A DNA stretch of 64,000 nucleotides from a virus. Numbering within the stretch: position 1 is the first letter of the stretch; each line of letters begins with the position of its first letter. The stretch covers positions 2,330-66,329 of the IMG/VR virus record IMGVR_UViG_3300030397_000598, one strand, 5' to 3'. Below, piece by piece: positions 8,053-18,793 of the stretch. The notes beneath the pieces are model-generated. The model was given only the letters and a program-made list of their open reading frames with translations, was not told the origin of the DNA and did no database searches. Both the position numbers and the translations under genes were made by a program.

Positions 8053-10320
8053 TTACACCCCTTTCATTCTCCAATTAAGGGACATGTTTACTGATATTGG
8101 CGCAGGTGAGCCGGTAGACCGGTCCACGATATTTACGACTATATTGCTGCCCGATGTGTTGTAGCTTCCCACGGTGTAAATGGGATTGTACGAGGCTGAA
8201 TAAACTTCCACCTCCCCTACTATCGTACTGCCGAGATTGATCTGAATTTGCCCGGAACCATCCGTAACACCAGCCTCTATTCCAAAGCCAGGTGAATAGG
8301 TTTCATTTCCATTCTGATATATCTTGTTGTTGCGCCTGATCTCTTTGACGCCACTAGTTCGTTCTCCATCGATGAACGATATACCCGCATTGCCAACACC
8401 GTCTTCTATATCATATATTCGATTGTCCGTAACGATGTATTGCGGCCCCGGCCCTATGCCGTTGTAGTTTCGAATTAGGAACCTTGGCCCGCCTATTTGG
8501 GTATTGCCTCTGACTATGAGCGTGGAATTATCCGGCATTGGGCCAAAAAACGGACTCCAACTACCCTCTATTATAGCGGCGTCTACGTTTGTCCAGCTAA
8601 TGTTGGGGTTGAAATTGAACTGGCAGTTTTCAATTATGCAAGTACCAAAAGCGGCGGAAATAGACAAAGGGTCCGCATTGTCTGATATCACATTAAACGT
8701 ACAATTTCGTATGACGAAATTAGTAACGCTAACGGCGTTCCATGCCCTGTTTTCAAAATAGCAGTCTTCAATGGTTATTTTAAATCCGTCGTGCTTGGTT
8801 TGAATAACGGCAATCATATCCTGCGCGGTCGGTACGGTAAAATCCACCCTGACAACATCGTATTCGTCGGCGGTGGCATCGGGACCGATTGTGTAGCCTA
8901 CTGTCTGCTTCGAGAAGTCCGCTGCACTCAGCAATTCCAGTTGATAAAATGGGCTTAACCAATCATCCTCAGTAGCGGTGAAAAATGTGGAACCCGAAGG
9001 AACCGCGACAAAAACCCGGTTGTTAGAATTTGCTTGACCTAGTTCGTCATAATTGATTACTATGTACAAGTTTTGCCCGGAACTGGCCGCATCCAAAACG
9101 ACATTAAAATTGTCGTCGTCGATACCGGTAATGCTGTGCCCTATCTCCGTAGTACTTCCCGCCTCGTAAACCCTGGTAGTGGGTGAGCCGGAAACATTGT
9201 CATCAAAAAAACTGAAATCATATCCGAGGTTATGGTTAATTGCATAGGTCGTTCCGCCTGTAGTGGTAAATGCTACGGCAAGGTTGATAAAAGGATCATG
9301 ATTCCCGTTATCGGTGCTGATGTGCGCATTGCCATAGAAGTAGCATTTTTTTATCAATACGTTATCTACCCAATCCTCGCTACCTGTTTTAACCTCAAGT
9401 TGCCCGTCCAGGAAAATAAGGTTATGAAACTGCACATTTCGACCGCCGCCATAGCAGTCTATATTGTCGTCTCCATTAGACGAATACAGTCCGCCGTCAA
9501 AATACCCAACCTCTGAAGCCACATTTAGCTTACCCCCGTCACCGGAATAATTAACGAAGCTGCAATCGATGAACCGAAAGTTATAGGCATGGATCATTGT
9601 AAACCCATTGCCGCCTCCATTTTGACCGTAAACATTCGATAAAAGCAAATTCTCTACCTTGTCCCCTACTCCGGTCCTGAAAGTGGAAACCACGTTGTAG
9701 TAATTCACGTTCATGTTTTTCAGGCTCACATCGTCCCCGGATACCATAAACACCTCACCGGTAACCGGCGTTGCGTCGTTCTTCTCAATAGTCAAATTGT
9801 CAACGATAACGTTATTTCCTGTGACTGTGAAAATGTCGCCATTGATCGAACTATAAACCCTTGCCCCTTGGGCAAAGGTGATCATGATAGAACTTTCAGA
9901 AACCGTTATGGCTGTCGAAATAAAATAATCACCGGGGGGGATGATGTAGTTTTTGCCGTCGCCTCCCGCATCCAATATTTGTTGAATAGTAATAGATTGA
10001 TTGGTTCCCGACATTGTGCCGCTGTTGTAGTCAGCGAATAAACCCAACGTGGACATATCGTAAATCGCGTCGGAATCGACTAGAACAGCGTGGCTTAAGC
10101 CGTCGTCTGCATCCAATACAAACACATCATCAGCGGTTAAGGAAGCACTGGCAGCGTTTCCCGACCTAATCGAATAAACGGCCCCGTCCGTTGTTTTTAC
10201 ATCCCGTCCAACGAGTATTGACATACCGGCCTTTATTCGTCCTATGTCGCTAAAGCAGTGCTGTGACACCAGCGAAAGCGGGAACAGGAACGACAATATG
10301 GATACAGCGTACTTTGTCAT
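8053..10320 (-). CDS. Pectin-lyase-like beta-helix tailspike/depolymerase-like protein with N-terminal signal peptide
   Basis: TNQSITIQQILDAGGDGKNYIIPPGDYFI start-of-helix motif, many I.NC.F/I.DC.F repeats; N-terminus MTKYAVSILSFLFPLSLVSQ. Confidence 0.7.
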   Translation of the reverse strand: MTKYAVSILSFLFPLSLVSQHCFSDIGRIKAGMSILVGRDVKTTDGAVYSIRSGNAASASLTADDVFVLDADDGLSHAVLVDSDAIYDMSTLGLFADYNSGTMSGTNQSITIQQILDAGGDGKNYIIPPGDYFISTAITVSESSIMITFAQGARVYSSINGDIFTVTGNNVIVDNLTIEKNDATPVTGEVFMVSGDDVSLKNMNVNYYNVVSTFRTGVGDKVENLLLSNVYGQNGGGNGFTMIHAYNFRFIDCSFVNYSGDGGKLNVASEVGYFDGGLYSSNGDDNIDCYGGGRNVQFHNLIFLDGQLEVKTGSEDWVDNVLIKKCYFYGNAHISTDNGNHDPFINLAVAFTTTGGTTYAINHNLGYDFSFFDDNVSGSPTTRVYEAGSTTEIGHSITGIDDDNFNVVLDAASSGQNLYIVINYDELGQANSNNRVFVAVPSGSTFFTATEDDWLSPFYQLELLSAADFSKQTVGYTIGPDATADEYDVVRVDFTVPTAQDMIAVIQTKHDGFKITIEDCYFENRAWNAVSVTNFVIRNCTFNVISDNADPLSISAAFGTCIIENCQFNFNPNISWTNVDAAIIEGSWSPFFGPMPDNSTLIVRGNTQIGGPRFLIRNYNGIGPGPQYIVTDNRIYDIEDGVGNAGISFIDGERTSGVKEIRRNNKIYQNGNETYSPGFGIEAGVTDGSGQIQINLGSTIVGEVEVYSASYNPIYTVGSYNTSGSNIVVNIVDRSTGSPAPISVNMSLNWRMKGV

Positions 10321-10323
10321 GAA

Positions 10324-13300
10324 TCAAAAGTTATTCGAAACAACAATCCAGGTGTCTGTAGTTGCTTCGGTGTCGTACTCAAGTGTAATGGTTTGGTATA
10401 CTGCCGTAAAAGCTGTGAAGGACCCGCCAGCGACTCCGTTTAGATTTTCGGCCGGATCTACCGTAATTGTCACCCCATCCCCTCCGGCAAAATCACCGGC
10501 GGCAACGACAAAGGTGATCCTATCCCCATCTGAAGCCCCAGCCGGGATAACGACCGTAGTTATGGCCCCGTCGTCGGCATCTTCAATGGTTTGGGTTGAA
10601 TTAAAGGCGGTTGTGGGAAGCGCGGGCGCTGTGGAGGCCGAAATCAATGCATCCGCACCGGGAGCGATAGCGGCGCCCAAAGACGTGTTACGGTAGATAT
10701 ACCCGGATGCATCCATGACCGCTATATCCGTCAGTGAATTATTTACCACCGCATTGTCTAATTGCAGTTGAGCAGTTACGCCGTCGCCTTCAATTTCTAG
10801 CTGTGCGGTTGGGGTATTGGTGCCGATCCCATTCAGCCACTCTTTCTCCGCTACGGTAAGGCCGTAGTTGGTACCGGTCAGGTTGGACATGGTGCCAGAC
10901 TCTAACCCCAATTCAACAAGTCGAACGGTCCCTGCCGCCCCTGTTGCCGTTAGTAGGTAGCGGGATAGAGTATAATTTCCATTAGCGCCACCGGTTTGCC
11001 CGATCGTTCCGGTAAAGTTCAAGCCATTGGCGTTAATCGATCCCGAAGATGGATTAAACGTACCAATATTAAAATCGATGTAATCCACATCTGAACCGCT
11101 GGTTCGATTGTCGGCACCGGTATTAAATCGCCAATGATAAGAACCGGTGCTATTCGGGTTAGACCCTGTGCTAACGAGAACCTGCCGACCAGCAGAATTT
11201 GCGGCATCTCCCAACATGGGTTGAATCCTGAAAGAATTACTTTGGTCGCTTCCGAATATCACCGCATGTTGAGTACCTGCGGCGTCAAGCTCTCGAACCC
11301 TAAAAAGCTTCGTACCCACCGAGCTGGTCACCTCGAACGGAAAACGATCAATCGAGAAACCACCATCATTGTAAGTCAACCGGCCTACCGAAAACCCGAT
11401 AAGATCTGTGTTGGCGGTTGCGGTCAGAGATGGGCCAACAGTAATAGAAGGGACTGCCGATGCGGCGATATTTGAAATGGGGGCCATTCTAATGGCTCCG
11501 CTTCCATTAGATACAGGGTCAAATGTTGGTCGAATATTGAACTGCCCGGTATTGAAAACCCGGACGTTTCCGGTATTATCAAAATCCCATTGATACGGCC
11601 CGGTGATATCGGTATTTTGCTCCTGTACGCCATCAAAAAACACACTATCTCCAACTACTTCCAAGAGGTGCCCGTCAACAACTGTCGTTGTCACGTCGGC
11701 CAGGGGAACGCTGTGCAAATCCCCTTCTGCATCATGGGCGAATATATGGGTAGTGGCCCCGACGTTGCCGGTTCCAGAAAGAATAGTCCCACTGCCAAAC
11801 GAGTTGAAACGAATGTCCGATAGGCTTCTAAATTCCATGTTCGCGTTGTCGATAAACAGGGAGGAGGCAGGACCGCTAAATATTTCTACCTCGTCTCCGG
11901 GACGGAATTGAATGAATCCCCTATCCGTTCCGTTATCGATCCCCGCGTTAACAGAGATCAGCGCCCCGGTACCTGAATTATCAAAAGTGTAAAAGCCTTC
12001 CAAATTGATTAGGGATGGTGTGGAGCGCCCCAGGTAGGCAATATCAAGGCCGGTCACCTGATTCATGCCCATGTATAGCCCAAGTCCGTCGCCATCTGTA
12101 AACTCAAGGCTTTGCAAGATCGAGTAAGTACGGTCGTTGTCTGTCTGAGACAAATTGGCGTTGGCAAGGTTGATCAAGTCGCCGACATTTGAAAGAGAAT
12201 CCGGTTCGGCCCACTCCCATCTACCTGTTACACTGTCTTGCAATACTGCAATCGACCCTATTGTTGGCCTTCCGATTGCGTTGCCGTTAATCCGTGACGT
12301 TTTAAAGTGCATGGTCTCGCCAAAACTGGAACTCAAAACCAGTGAATCCTCATGCGCTATTAATTGGCTAGTCTTGTTCGTATTACCGGCAAGTACTCTA
12401 ACTCCTCCCTTGTCATCGATGGTTACGTTATTTACGTTCGTTCCCGAGTTGGCTTGTAAATCAATTGATTCCGGACCAATGGCAACGTTGCCGTTAGCGT
12501 CAATTATGCTGTTATCCTGGCTGACGTTAATGACGACACCGCTTCGGCCTATGCTAACGTTAGACCCTACAACGTCAGTTGCTCCGTTTTCTAACCTGAG
12601 TGATTGTATGTTAACGCCGGTGCTGTCATTAATGATAACTTTGTTGTCTACATCAGACTCGTTATAACCTAATTCTAGGTAATGATCAGCCGTGGTATTT
12701 ACCAAAGTGTTTTGGGTTAGGTCCCCACCTAAGATGTGCGTCGAATCATTCAGGGCAGTAAGGCCATTATAGGCCGTGTCAGTTGCAATTGATGCCCCCG
12801 TGGCTATGACCTCCCGGAATCCAACACGCCCGGTTGCACTGTCAGTCACCATAAGGACCATGCCGTTTTTCATGGCACCAGCATAAAACATGCTATCAAG
12901 GATCTGAAAATTGAACTTTGCAGAAATTACCGTAAAGCTATCCTCTAAGGCCACATAATGATCATCGCCAACAGATATGCGCATGGAATCCCCATACATG
13001 TCAATATTAGACTGCCCGTTGAATCTCAGGCTATCCGCAACTGTACTGTTTATGGCTACCACTCCTGTGTTGTTTACCTGAACAGAACCCTGACTGAGCA
13101 ACCCGGCTCCCGCATCATTTTGCGTAGACACCAAACCCACATTTGTTGAATCAATCAAAATAGAACTCCACCGATAGTCAAGCAGTGCATTTGTCCCTGT
13201 TTGATGTTCTACCCTAAGTCTAATCCTTGGCCCAAACGGCCCTGCATCATCCGGCTCGATGGATATGTATTTATGCGTGGCCCCCAATCCTGTACCGATT

Positions 13301-14079
13301 GTATCCCCCAACATCAACCGTTGGTTATCGGCTCCTATATGAGTGGATTCAAGCAGAGGTGAAAAGTTCGCCCCTGATCCCGAAAGTCGGACTGTAGCAG
13401 GACCGGAAAGATAAGTGCCCGACTCGGCATTAACTTGAGTCCCTGAATAATATTCATTCCCATTCTGATACAGAAATACAGAATCGCCCCGAACAACTGA
13501 AGAATCGATAAAAGCCGATGTGTTGGAAAAAATCAACGTGTCCCCATTGTTATTGTTTAGGGTAATGATGGTATCTCCGGCCCCCGTAATCTCAAATGAA
13601 TAGTTAGAAATCGTACCGGGTCCCTGCGTTGCATCCAAGTCCAGCATCAAACTCAAGTGGGTTTCTATGCAAGCTTGCAGGGTGGCACTGATACCGGTGG
13701 CGTTCTCCGCCGTAAACAAAGGATAGTTCTGATTGGTCGTAAGTCGCATAATACCGGCCTGACCAAGAGCAGGAGCCAAACCAGTGCCGTTTACATCCCG
13801 GACATCCACGTTAATATTGCCGCCTGTGCTATTGATCTGCATGATTTCCCATACATCACAATTAGCAGTAAAGATTACATCACCGACCAACATATCCGCG
13901 TCTGTGTAGCGGCCAGCAGGATCATTAAAGAACGCTGTCAACTGCGCATCAGAAGTACCTCCCAGGTTAGAGGCAAAAATGTTTAGCCCAGCATTGAACT
14001 GTGTCAGGGTAGACGGAACTTGAGCGGCTACCCAAAGCGGAAGCCAGATCAGCAAGAGGGAGTATATCAACTTTTTCAT
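10324..14079 (-). CDS. Large tail-fibre/adhesin-like protein with Sec signal peptide
   Basis: Likely start ATG 14079 (TAATG overlap): MKKLIYSLLLIWLPLWVAAQ; Gly/Asn/Thr/Asp-rich; GIGTNTPTAQLEI motif typical of Bacteroidota fibre-like proteins. Confidence 0.6.
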   Translation of the reverse strand: MKKLIYSLLLIWLPLWVAAQVPSTLTQFNAGLNIFASNLGGTSDAQLTAFFNDPAGRYTDADMLVGDVIFTANCDVWEIMQINSTGGNINVDVRDVNGTGLAPALGQAGIMRLTTNQNYPLFTAENATGISATLQACIETHLSLMLDLDATQGPGTISNYSFEITGAGDTIITLNNNNGDTLIFSNTSAFIDSSVVRGDSVFLYQNGNEYYSGTQVNAESGTYLSGPATVRLSGSGANFSPLLESTHIGADNQRLMLGDTIGTGLGATHKYISIEPDDAGPFGPRIRLRVEHQTGTNALLDYRWSSILIDSTNVGLVSTQNDAGAGLLSQGSVQVNNTGVVAINSTVADSLRFNGQSNIDMYGDSMRISVGDDHYVALEDSFTVISAKFNFQILDSMFYAGAMKNGMVLMVTDSATGRVGFREVIATGASIATDTAYNGLTALNDSTHILGGDLTQNTLVNTTADHYLELGYNESDVDNKVIINDSTGVNIQSLRLENGATDVVGSNVSIGRSGVVINVSQDNSIIDANGNVAIGPESIDLQANSGTNVNNVTIDDKGGVRVLAGNTNKTSQLIAHEDSLVLSSSFGETMHFKTSRINGNAIGRPTIGSIAVLQDSVTGRWEWAEPDSLSNVGDLINLANANLSQTDNDRTYSILQSLEFTDGDGLGLYMGMNQVTGLDIAYLGRSTPSLINLEGFYTFDNSGTGALISVNAGIDNGTDRGFIQFRPGDEVEIFSGPASSLFIDNANMEFRSLSDIRFNSFGSGTILSGTGNVGATTHIFAHDAEGDLHSVPLADVTTTVVDGHLLEVVGDSVFFDGVQEQNTDITGPYQWDFDNTGNVRVFNTGQFNIRPTFDPVSNGSGAIRMAPISNIAASAVPSITVGPSLTATANTDLIGFSVGRLTYNDGGFSIDRFPFEVTSSVGTKLFRVRELDAAGTQHAVIFGSDQSNSFRIQPMLGDAANSAGRQVLVSTGSNPNSTGSYHWRFNTGADNRTSGSDVDYIDFNIGTFNPSSGSINANGLNFTGTIGQTGGANGNYTLSRYLLTATGAAGTVRLVELGLESGTMSNLTGTNYGLTVAEKEWLNGIGTNTPTAQLEIEGDGVTAQLQLDNAVVNNSLTDIAVMDASGYIYRNTSLGAAIAPGADALISASTAPALPTTAFNSTQTIEDADDGAITTVVIPAGASDGDRITFVVAAGDFAGGDGVTITVDPAENLNGVAGGSFTAFTAVYQTITLEYDTEATTDTWIVVSNNF

Positions 14080-15545
14080 TAGAGATTCAGCATTAAGGTC
14101 CAATTCGAAAATGCATTTAGATTGATCACTCTGGCCGTAAGGTCGCCGCCGCTGACTGAAATGGCCGGTTGCGGTTGTGGGTCTGACCCTTCATCCTGTA
14201 TGAAAGGTAAAACCGAAGTAGGGCCACCGCCCAACTGAGCAGCGGTATTCACGACTTGAATCATGGGCATGAACATATCGGCTATCCCGGTATTGTAGGT
14301 TGAAGTGGCGTAGTCAAAGACTACCTGAAAATCGTTGGCCCCACCCAAATCAGCAGTAACGCCCTCGATTCTCGCAGAAACGATTTCAACGCCGGAAGGG
14401 ATCGAAAAGGTACCAATGCCGCCCGCCCTTGAAAATGTAACACCTGCTGCCGTTGCCTTGACCATTGCTGAACCGGCTCCGGCTTCAGCATCATATACCT
14501 GTAATCCGCCAGTAGTCAAGGGAAAGAAGCCTTTGGTTCCTGCTCCATCCGTTCCATAGTAGTAGCTGTTACCGGGCGCTACGTTATCGTTAACCAATTG
14601 CAAGGGATCACCCACCGATCCATCGCCAGTAACCGAATTGGTTGAATTAACAGTTGATCCGCTTGTACTAAAGTTCGTGACCGCCGTTCCATCGCCGGGA
14701 TTATAGGTGTACGAACCACCGCCGTTATCGGTGAATATGGGGATTGGAATATTTCCCGCCTGGGTAACCGTATTCCAGGAGAAAGGAGCCGCGTTACTAG
14801 ATAAAACTGCTGCCGGATGCATTTCGGCAACAATCGCGTCAATAATGGTTTGCAAATCTGTTCCAGCCGGGTAGTTAGTTCCGCCGATGTTAGTGGCGGA
14901 TGTCGTGTTGACGTTTCCAGCGTTAATGTTAACGTTAAAGGTATTGGGTTCGTCAGTGGTTACCGTTAACACACCTGACGCAAACGAAACGTTAGTTACG
15001 TTGCTGCCGCTGCCGCCTGATCCGGTCGGAAATCCTGTGATGTTGACAGACCCGCCCGTACTGATATTAAGGGTCAAAACACCTGTTCCGGAATTGAAAG
15101 AACCCGAGCTAAGAACGCCGTCCGATCCGCCGCCACCTGATCCGGAATTACATAGGCAAGCTGTAATAGCATTGATAGCAGCCGTAACGTTGCCGTAGGT
15201 CGTTTGATTGGAGTTAAATGAAACCCTTGTGCCCCTGTAGTCTTCCAGGGTAAATGTTGCGCCCCTTACGATCAAGTTGATAGGTTTGTAAAGGAGCCGG
15301 GACGGCTTGTCTGAGAATTTAACGAGAATACCGTCAACGAATTCACGCCCGTTTGTTCCGGGGCTGCAATTATCGCAATTGCTGTTATCGACTTCTTCAC
15401 AGGATAGACATTCAAGTACAACAGTACTTCCGGAAAGCAAGGCCCTTGGTTGTGTGTCGGGGTTTCCGTTTCCGGGTCCATCCGGTGCGGGGTTGGGATT
15501 ACACGCCCCAATAAGCAATAGGCAGAGTATAACTAGGTATCTCAT
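14079..15545 (-). CDS. Fibre/decoration-like protein with lipoprotein signal
   Basis: Likely start ATG 15545: MRYLVILCLLLIGAC; Gly-rich repeats, DNGGGSYTY and VTGDGSVGDPLQL..PGNSYYYGT motifs. Confidence 0.55.
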   Translation of the reverse strand: MRYLVILCLLLIGACNPNPAPDGPGNGNPDTQPRALLSGSTVVLECLSCEEVDNSNCDNCSPGTNGREFVDGILVKFSDKPSRLLYKPINLIVRGATFTLEDYRGTRVSFNSNQTTYGNVTAAINAITACLCNSGSGGGGSDGVLSSGSFNSGTGVLTLNISTGGSVNITGFPTGSGGSGSNVTNVSFASGVLTVTTDEPNTFNVNINAGNVNTTSATNIGGTNYPAGTDLQTIIDAIVAEMHPAAVLSSNAAPFSWNTVTQAGNIPIPIFTDNGGGSYTYNPGDGTAVTNFSTSGSTVNSTNSVTGDGSVGDPLQLVNDNVAPGNSYYYGTDGAGTKGFFPLTTGGLQVYDAEAGAGSAMVKATAAGVTFSRAGGIGTFSIPSGVEIVSARIEGVTADLGGANDFQVVFDYATSTYNTGIADMFMPMIQVVNTAAQLGGGPTSVLPFIQDEGSDPQPQPAISVSGGDLTARVINLNAFSNWTLMLNL

Positions 15546-15627
15546 TTCAGGAGTTTGAGTAAGGGCGCGGTTACATGAAGCCACCGCGCCCAAAGGATTG
15601 AATTGTTATTAGCCAGGTCGTCTACTT

Positions 15628-16410
15628 CTACTCTTCAGGAGGGCAATTGAACACCTCGGAAGCGCCGCAATTGTTTGCCTCTACGCCTCCGAAAGTAGGC
15701 GCTATATCGCCGACAATCATAAAGCTGATTTCATAGCCGCCAAGAACGTTATTTACAGCAACGTTGACGTTGGTTGCTGTCGCTCCGGCTGCTGTCAATG
15801 CGGCAGCAACATCGGTTTGCAACTGTGCGGCGGTAGCGGCATCAGCGGCAGCGGTTCCGGTATAGGCGTATGGAGAATTGTCAAGGGCTTCGTCCGGGCT
15901 GCCATCGTAGGAGACCGGGCCGATAGCATCAAATCCAAATACCTGCCATTTGATCGCCTGAGCAATTTCACAGCAGCGGGTGCCGTTCAGGTCGGAATCG
16001 TCGGAAAGCTTCACAGATGCCAGAACGCACGCGCCAACGTGAACGATGGTCAAAACGTCGGCCTCCCAAGAAACCTCAACTTTGGCGTCCACCTCTTTGG
16101 TGCGGGTGATCTGATAGATAACCTCTTTCAAGGCTTCCATATCTTCCACCGGTACCGCTCCGGGTGCTTTCATAAAAGTGTAAGATCCATCCAGGTTTTG
16201 AATGTCCTTGGTCAGATCATAGGTAATGCCGTCGAATACAACACTGACGACAGATTCACCCGTGGGTGCAGCGCCGGTTACCGTGTCTTCGCAAACCTGA
16301 TCGTTTGTGCAATCGCACTTGTCGTCAAACTTCAGGTTGTTGGTCGGGCAAGCGTAAGCGTTAGCTCTCTTCTTACCGAAATCGCTAATGTTATGGATAA
16401 TACCACTCAT
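15628..16410 (-). CDS. Putative virion structural protein, Cys-rich
   Basis: 260 aa within the structural operon. Confidence 0.5.
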   Translation of the reverse strand: MSGIIHNISDFGKKRANAYACPTNNLKFDDKCDCTNDQVCEDTVTGAAPTGESVVSVVFDGITYDLTKDIQNLDGSYTFMKAPGAVPVEDMEALKEVIYQITRTKEVDAKVEVSWEADVLTIVHVGACVLASVKLSDDSDLNGTRCCEIAQAIKWQVFGFDAIGPVSYDGSPDEALDNSPYAYTGTAAADAATAAQLQTDVAAALTAAGATATNVNVAVNNVLGGYEISFMIVGDIAPTFGGVEANNCGASEVFNCPPEE

Positions 16411-16802
16411 TTTGCTTGAGTTTTAAAAATTGTATCAATGTCGGCCCACTTATTCCCGTCCGGGTGTGGGCATTTAATTTCCTCTTTGAAGGTTTTTATT
16501 CCAGGTTTCAGACGAATCCTAAAAAACTCTTCCAAGCTCAATGGTTCACCGCCTTTGTCAAGCGTCCTCATGACGTACTCGAAATAAGGCTTTGTTGCAG
16601 ATGGGCAACCGCATAATGTGCAACCGTGCATGATCATACCCGGCAACGGCTCTACAATGCCGTATTTTTCGCACGAAATGCAAATTTCTATCCGGGCAAA
16701 AGCGTGTTCGTCGGTGACCCGGTTAGACCCTGTGTCAAGAAGCATTCTAAACTTTTCGTCCCTCCATTCCTTTAGCCTACCCGAAACGGTACCCATACCC
16801 AT
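16407..16802 (-). CDS. Zn-finger-like protein
   Basis: Likely start 16802; RIEICISCE..GCTLCGCPSATK (CxxC/CxxCxC). Confidence 0.55.
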   Translation of the reverse strand: MGMGTVSGRLKEWRDEKFRMLLDTGSNRVTDEHAFARIEICISCEKYGIVEPLPGMIMHGCTLCGCPSATKPYFEYVMRTLDKGGEPLSLEEFFRIRLKPGIKTFKEEIKCPHPDGNKWADIDTIFKTQAK

Positions 16803-17475
16803 CTGATTTTTCGTCAAAACAATCATCCTGACAATCGCAATCGCAATCATCCTCAAGGCAACCGCAGTCACTACAACAGTTGGCCGCGATCCCTTTGTAC
16901 TCGTCAAAGCATCCGTCACCGTTGTTGTTTTTCATGTAGTGATCCAGGTTGTAAAAAGCCCGTTCCCGCTTTGCTAAGACCGATTGTTGAATTGACTGAT
17001 AATCGGCCTTGCTGGCGGTCTCTATCCCGTTTCCGGTGATCTTAACTAGACCGGCAGCGGCTATTTTCACGTTGATGTGGGGCAACTGATCATTTACAAC
17101 CGTCCAGGCCAGATAAGGACCCAGGAAATCACACCACAGTTTTTCCAAGCATTCAGTGGTAAACTTTGGCGCATTCTCCCAATAGTCTTTATTACTCGGT
17201 GGGTTGCCGCTCGTCGCCTGTATTGCCCTGCGAATAATGCCGTCAGAAAAAACAGTATCGCCGATAGCGTAGGTAGCTGTATTATCGTAGACAACGCAAT
17301 TGTATTCAACTAAGTCCGCCAGCAACTTGTCATAAAAGGCGCTTCCGAGGCACTGGTTGAACTCACAATATTCTATGTCGAATATTGTCCTAAGCTCACA
17401 CTTGGGGAATTCCTTACTGATGTTGGTGAAGTAGATAACCTCACTCGGTCGCAGTATTGTCCTCCTCGTTGCCAT
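16777..17475 (-). CDS. Head-tail connector-like protein with an inserted carbohydrate-binding-like module
   Basis: Directly after the portal; LGSAFYDKLLADL pattern; internal YDNTATYAIGDTVFSDG..AIQATSGNPPSNKDYWE segment. Confidence 0.5.
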   Translation of the reverse strand: MATRRTILRPSEVIYFTNISKEFPKCELRTIFDIEYCEFNQCLGSAFYDKLLADLVEYNCVVYDNTATYAIGDTVFSDGIIRRAIQATSGNPPSNKDYWENAPKFTTECLEKLWCDFLGPYLAWTVVNDQLPHINVKIAAAGLVKITGNGIETASKADYQSIQQSVLAKRERAFYNLDHYMKNNNGDGCFDEYKGIAANCCSDCGCLEDDCDCDCQDDCFDEKSDGYGYRFG

Positions 17476-18784
17476 TGCTTAGGTTTTGATTTTGTGAACC
17501 ATTTTTCAAAGAACTTAGCCGGTCTACCAACTCGTCAATAAGATTCGGGAACTTGATTGTCCGCATCGTTTCGCCTGGGTTGGTAATCTTGCCGATCTCG
17601 GTAAATATGCGCCCCCAAATGTTCTCATAGAACCGTTGATTTGGCGTAACTACCGACGTATTTTTCACGGTGAAAAGATCCAAAATGATATTTCCACCTA
17701 TGTTTGCTTTTGCTGGTGTAGCACCGGTTAACTGCCTGTCCCAATCCCAAATGGAATAAATGGCGGAAGCGTGTTTATCAACCATGTGCTTATCAAACTG
17801 ATGATCACGGTTGACTTCCAAAGGAATAGGGGTAGGCGGCTGCGCTCCACTAGGGTAGTTCATGAGCGCGATTGTACGCGCCTTCTCTCCCTCGTTTGTG
17901 GTAAGCTGCCTTAGCTTGTAGGATGCGCTATCTAAGTCGTGATTGTACACCCCTTCCTTACCGGTCTTTCTCTTGACTACCTTTCGGTTTGGTGGTGGCT
18001 CCTCCATCGCTAGTATCATCTTTGATATTAGCTCGGTACCGGCAACCTTACAGTCCTTTTGCTTTCCGGCATGCTCCACGTAAAGCGACTCAAGTACAGA
18101 CAGTATTGCCGGTCGCCCGTAGTATGGGGATGCGTCCGCCTTTCGCTTGATATGCACTATCGTTTCAAGTACATCACCATTGCGTTTTCTGTTCCAAACA
18201 AAGTCAGACCGTATGTCGGAACCGAAGGCCAAAAAAGGTTTTTTCTTAGCCCAAAAATCCTCACTCCAATACGGCGTGTTTACGATCCGGTTTGCCGTCC
18301 CTCTTTTGCTGCGCAAGTAAGCAGCGTTTTTCGGGTGGATCGGTTCTATCTTCACGTTCCAAGTGCTGTTCACCCTGCTTAACCGGATCAGAACATAAGC
18401 GTTGCCGGTGTCAGAGTAGTTGTCAAAAATCACCTCGGTGTGATCTATGACGGCAGATAGGTCTATACCGATAGAAAAAAGCAATTCTTCGAACTGACTT
18501 TTTTCGGATTCAGATAAAAGGCTTTCTTCATCTTCCCTTTTCCTAGCTGTTCGCGTCGGAATTATTTCAACTCCTGAGCCAAACGCCCAGGTCTTCACGG
18601 CATTCTTGCATGCCGCGTGGGATGGACTTAATTCGGTGAGATCCGATATTAGTTGCAGCATCGAGTGTGAAGACTCGTTTTGCGTACCGTAGTAAGGTAT
18701 GATGTCGTATTTCCTGAATAAATCGTTCAGGTGTAACTCATCCTTTACGGCCTCCAATATGGGATTCACCAGACTAAAGACCAT
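17441..18784 (-). CDS. Portal protein
   Basis: 447 aa; GNAYVLI, IEPIHP and YYGRP motifs typical of portals. Confidence 0.75.
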   Translation of the reverse strand: MVFSLVNPILEAVKDELHLNDLFRKYDIIPYYGTQNESSHSMLQLISDLTELSPSHAACKNAVKTWAFGSGVEIIPTRTARKREDEESLLSESEKSQFEELLFSIGIDLSAVIDHTEVIFDNYSDTGNAYVLIRLSRVNSTWNVKIEPIHPKNAAYLRSKRGTANRIVNTPYWSEDFWAKKKPFLAFGSDIRSDFVWNRKRNGDVLETIVHIKRKADASPYYGRPAILSVLESLYVEHAGKQKDCKVAGTELISKMILAMEEPPPNRKVVKRKTGKEGVYNHDLDSASYKLRQLTTNEGEKARTIALMNYPSGAQPPTPIPLEVNRDHQFDKHMVDKHASAIYSIWDWDRQLTGATPAKANIGGNIILDLFTVKNTSVVTPNQRFYENIWGRIFTEIGKITNPGETMRTIKFPNLIDELVDRLSSLKNGSQNQNLSNGNEEDNTATE

Positions 18785-18793
18785 CGTGTAGTT

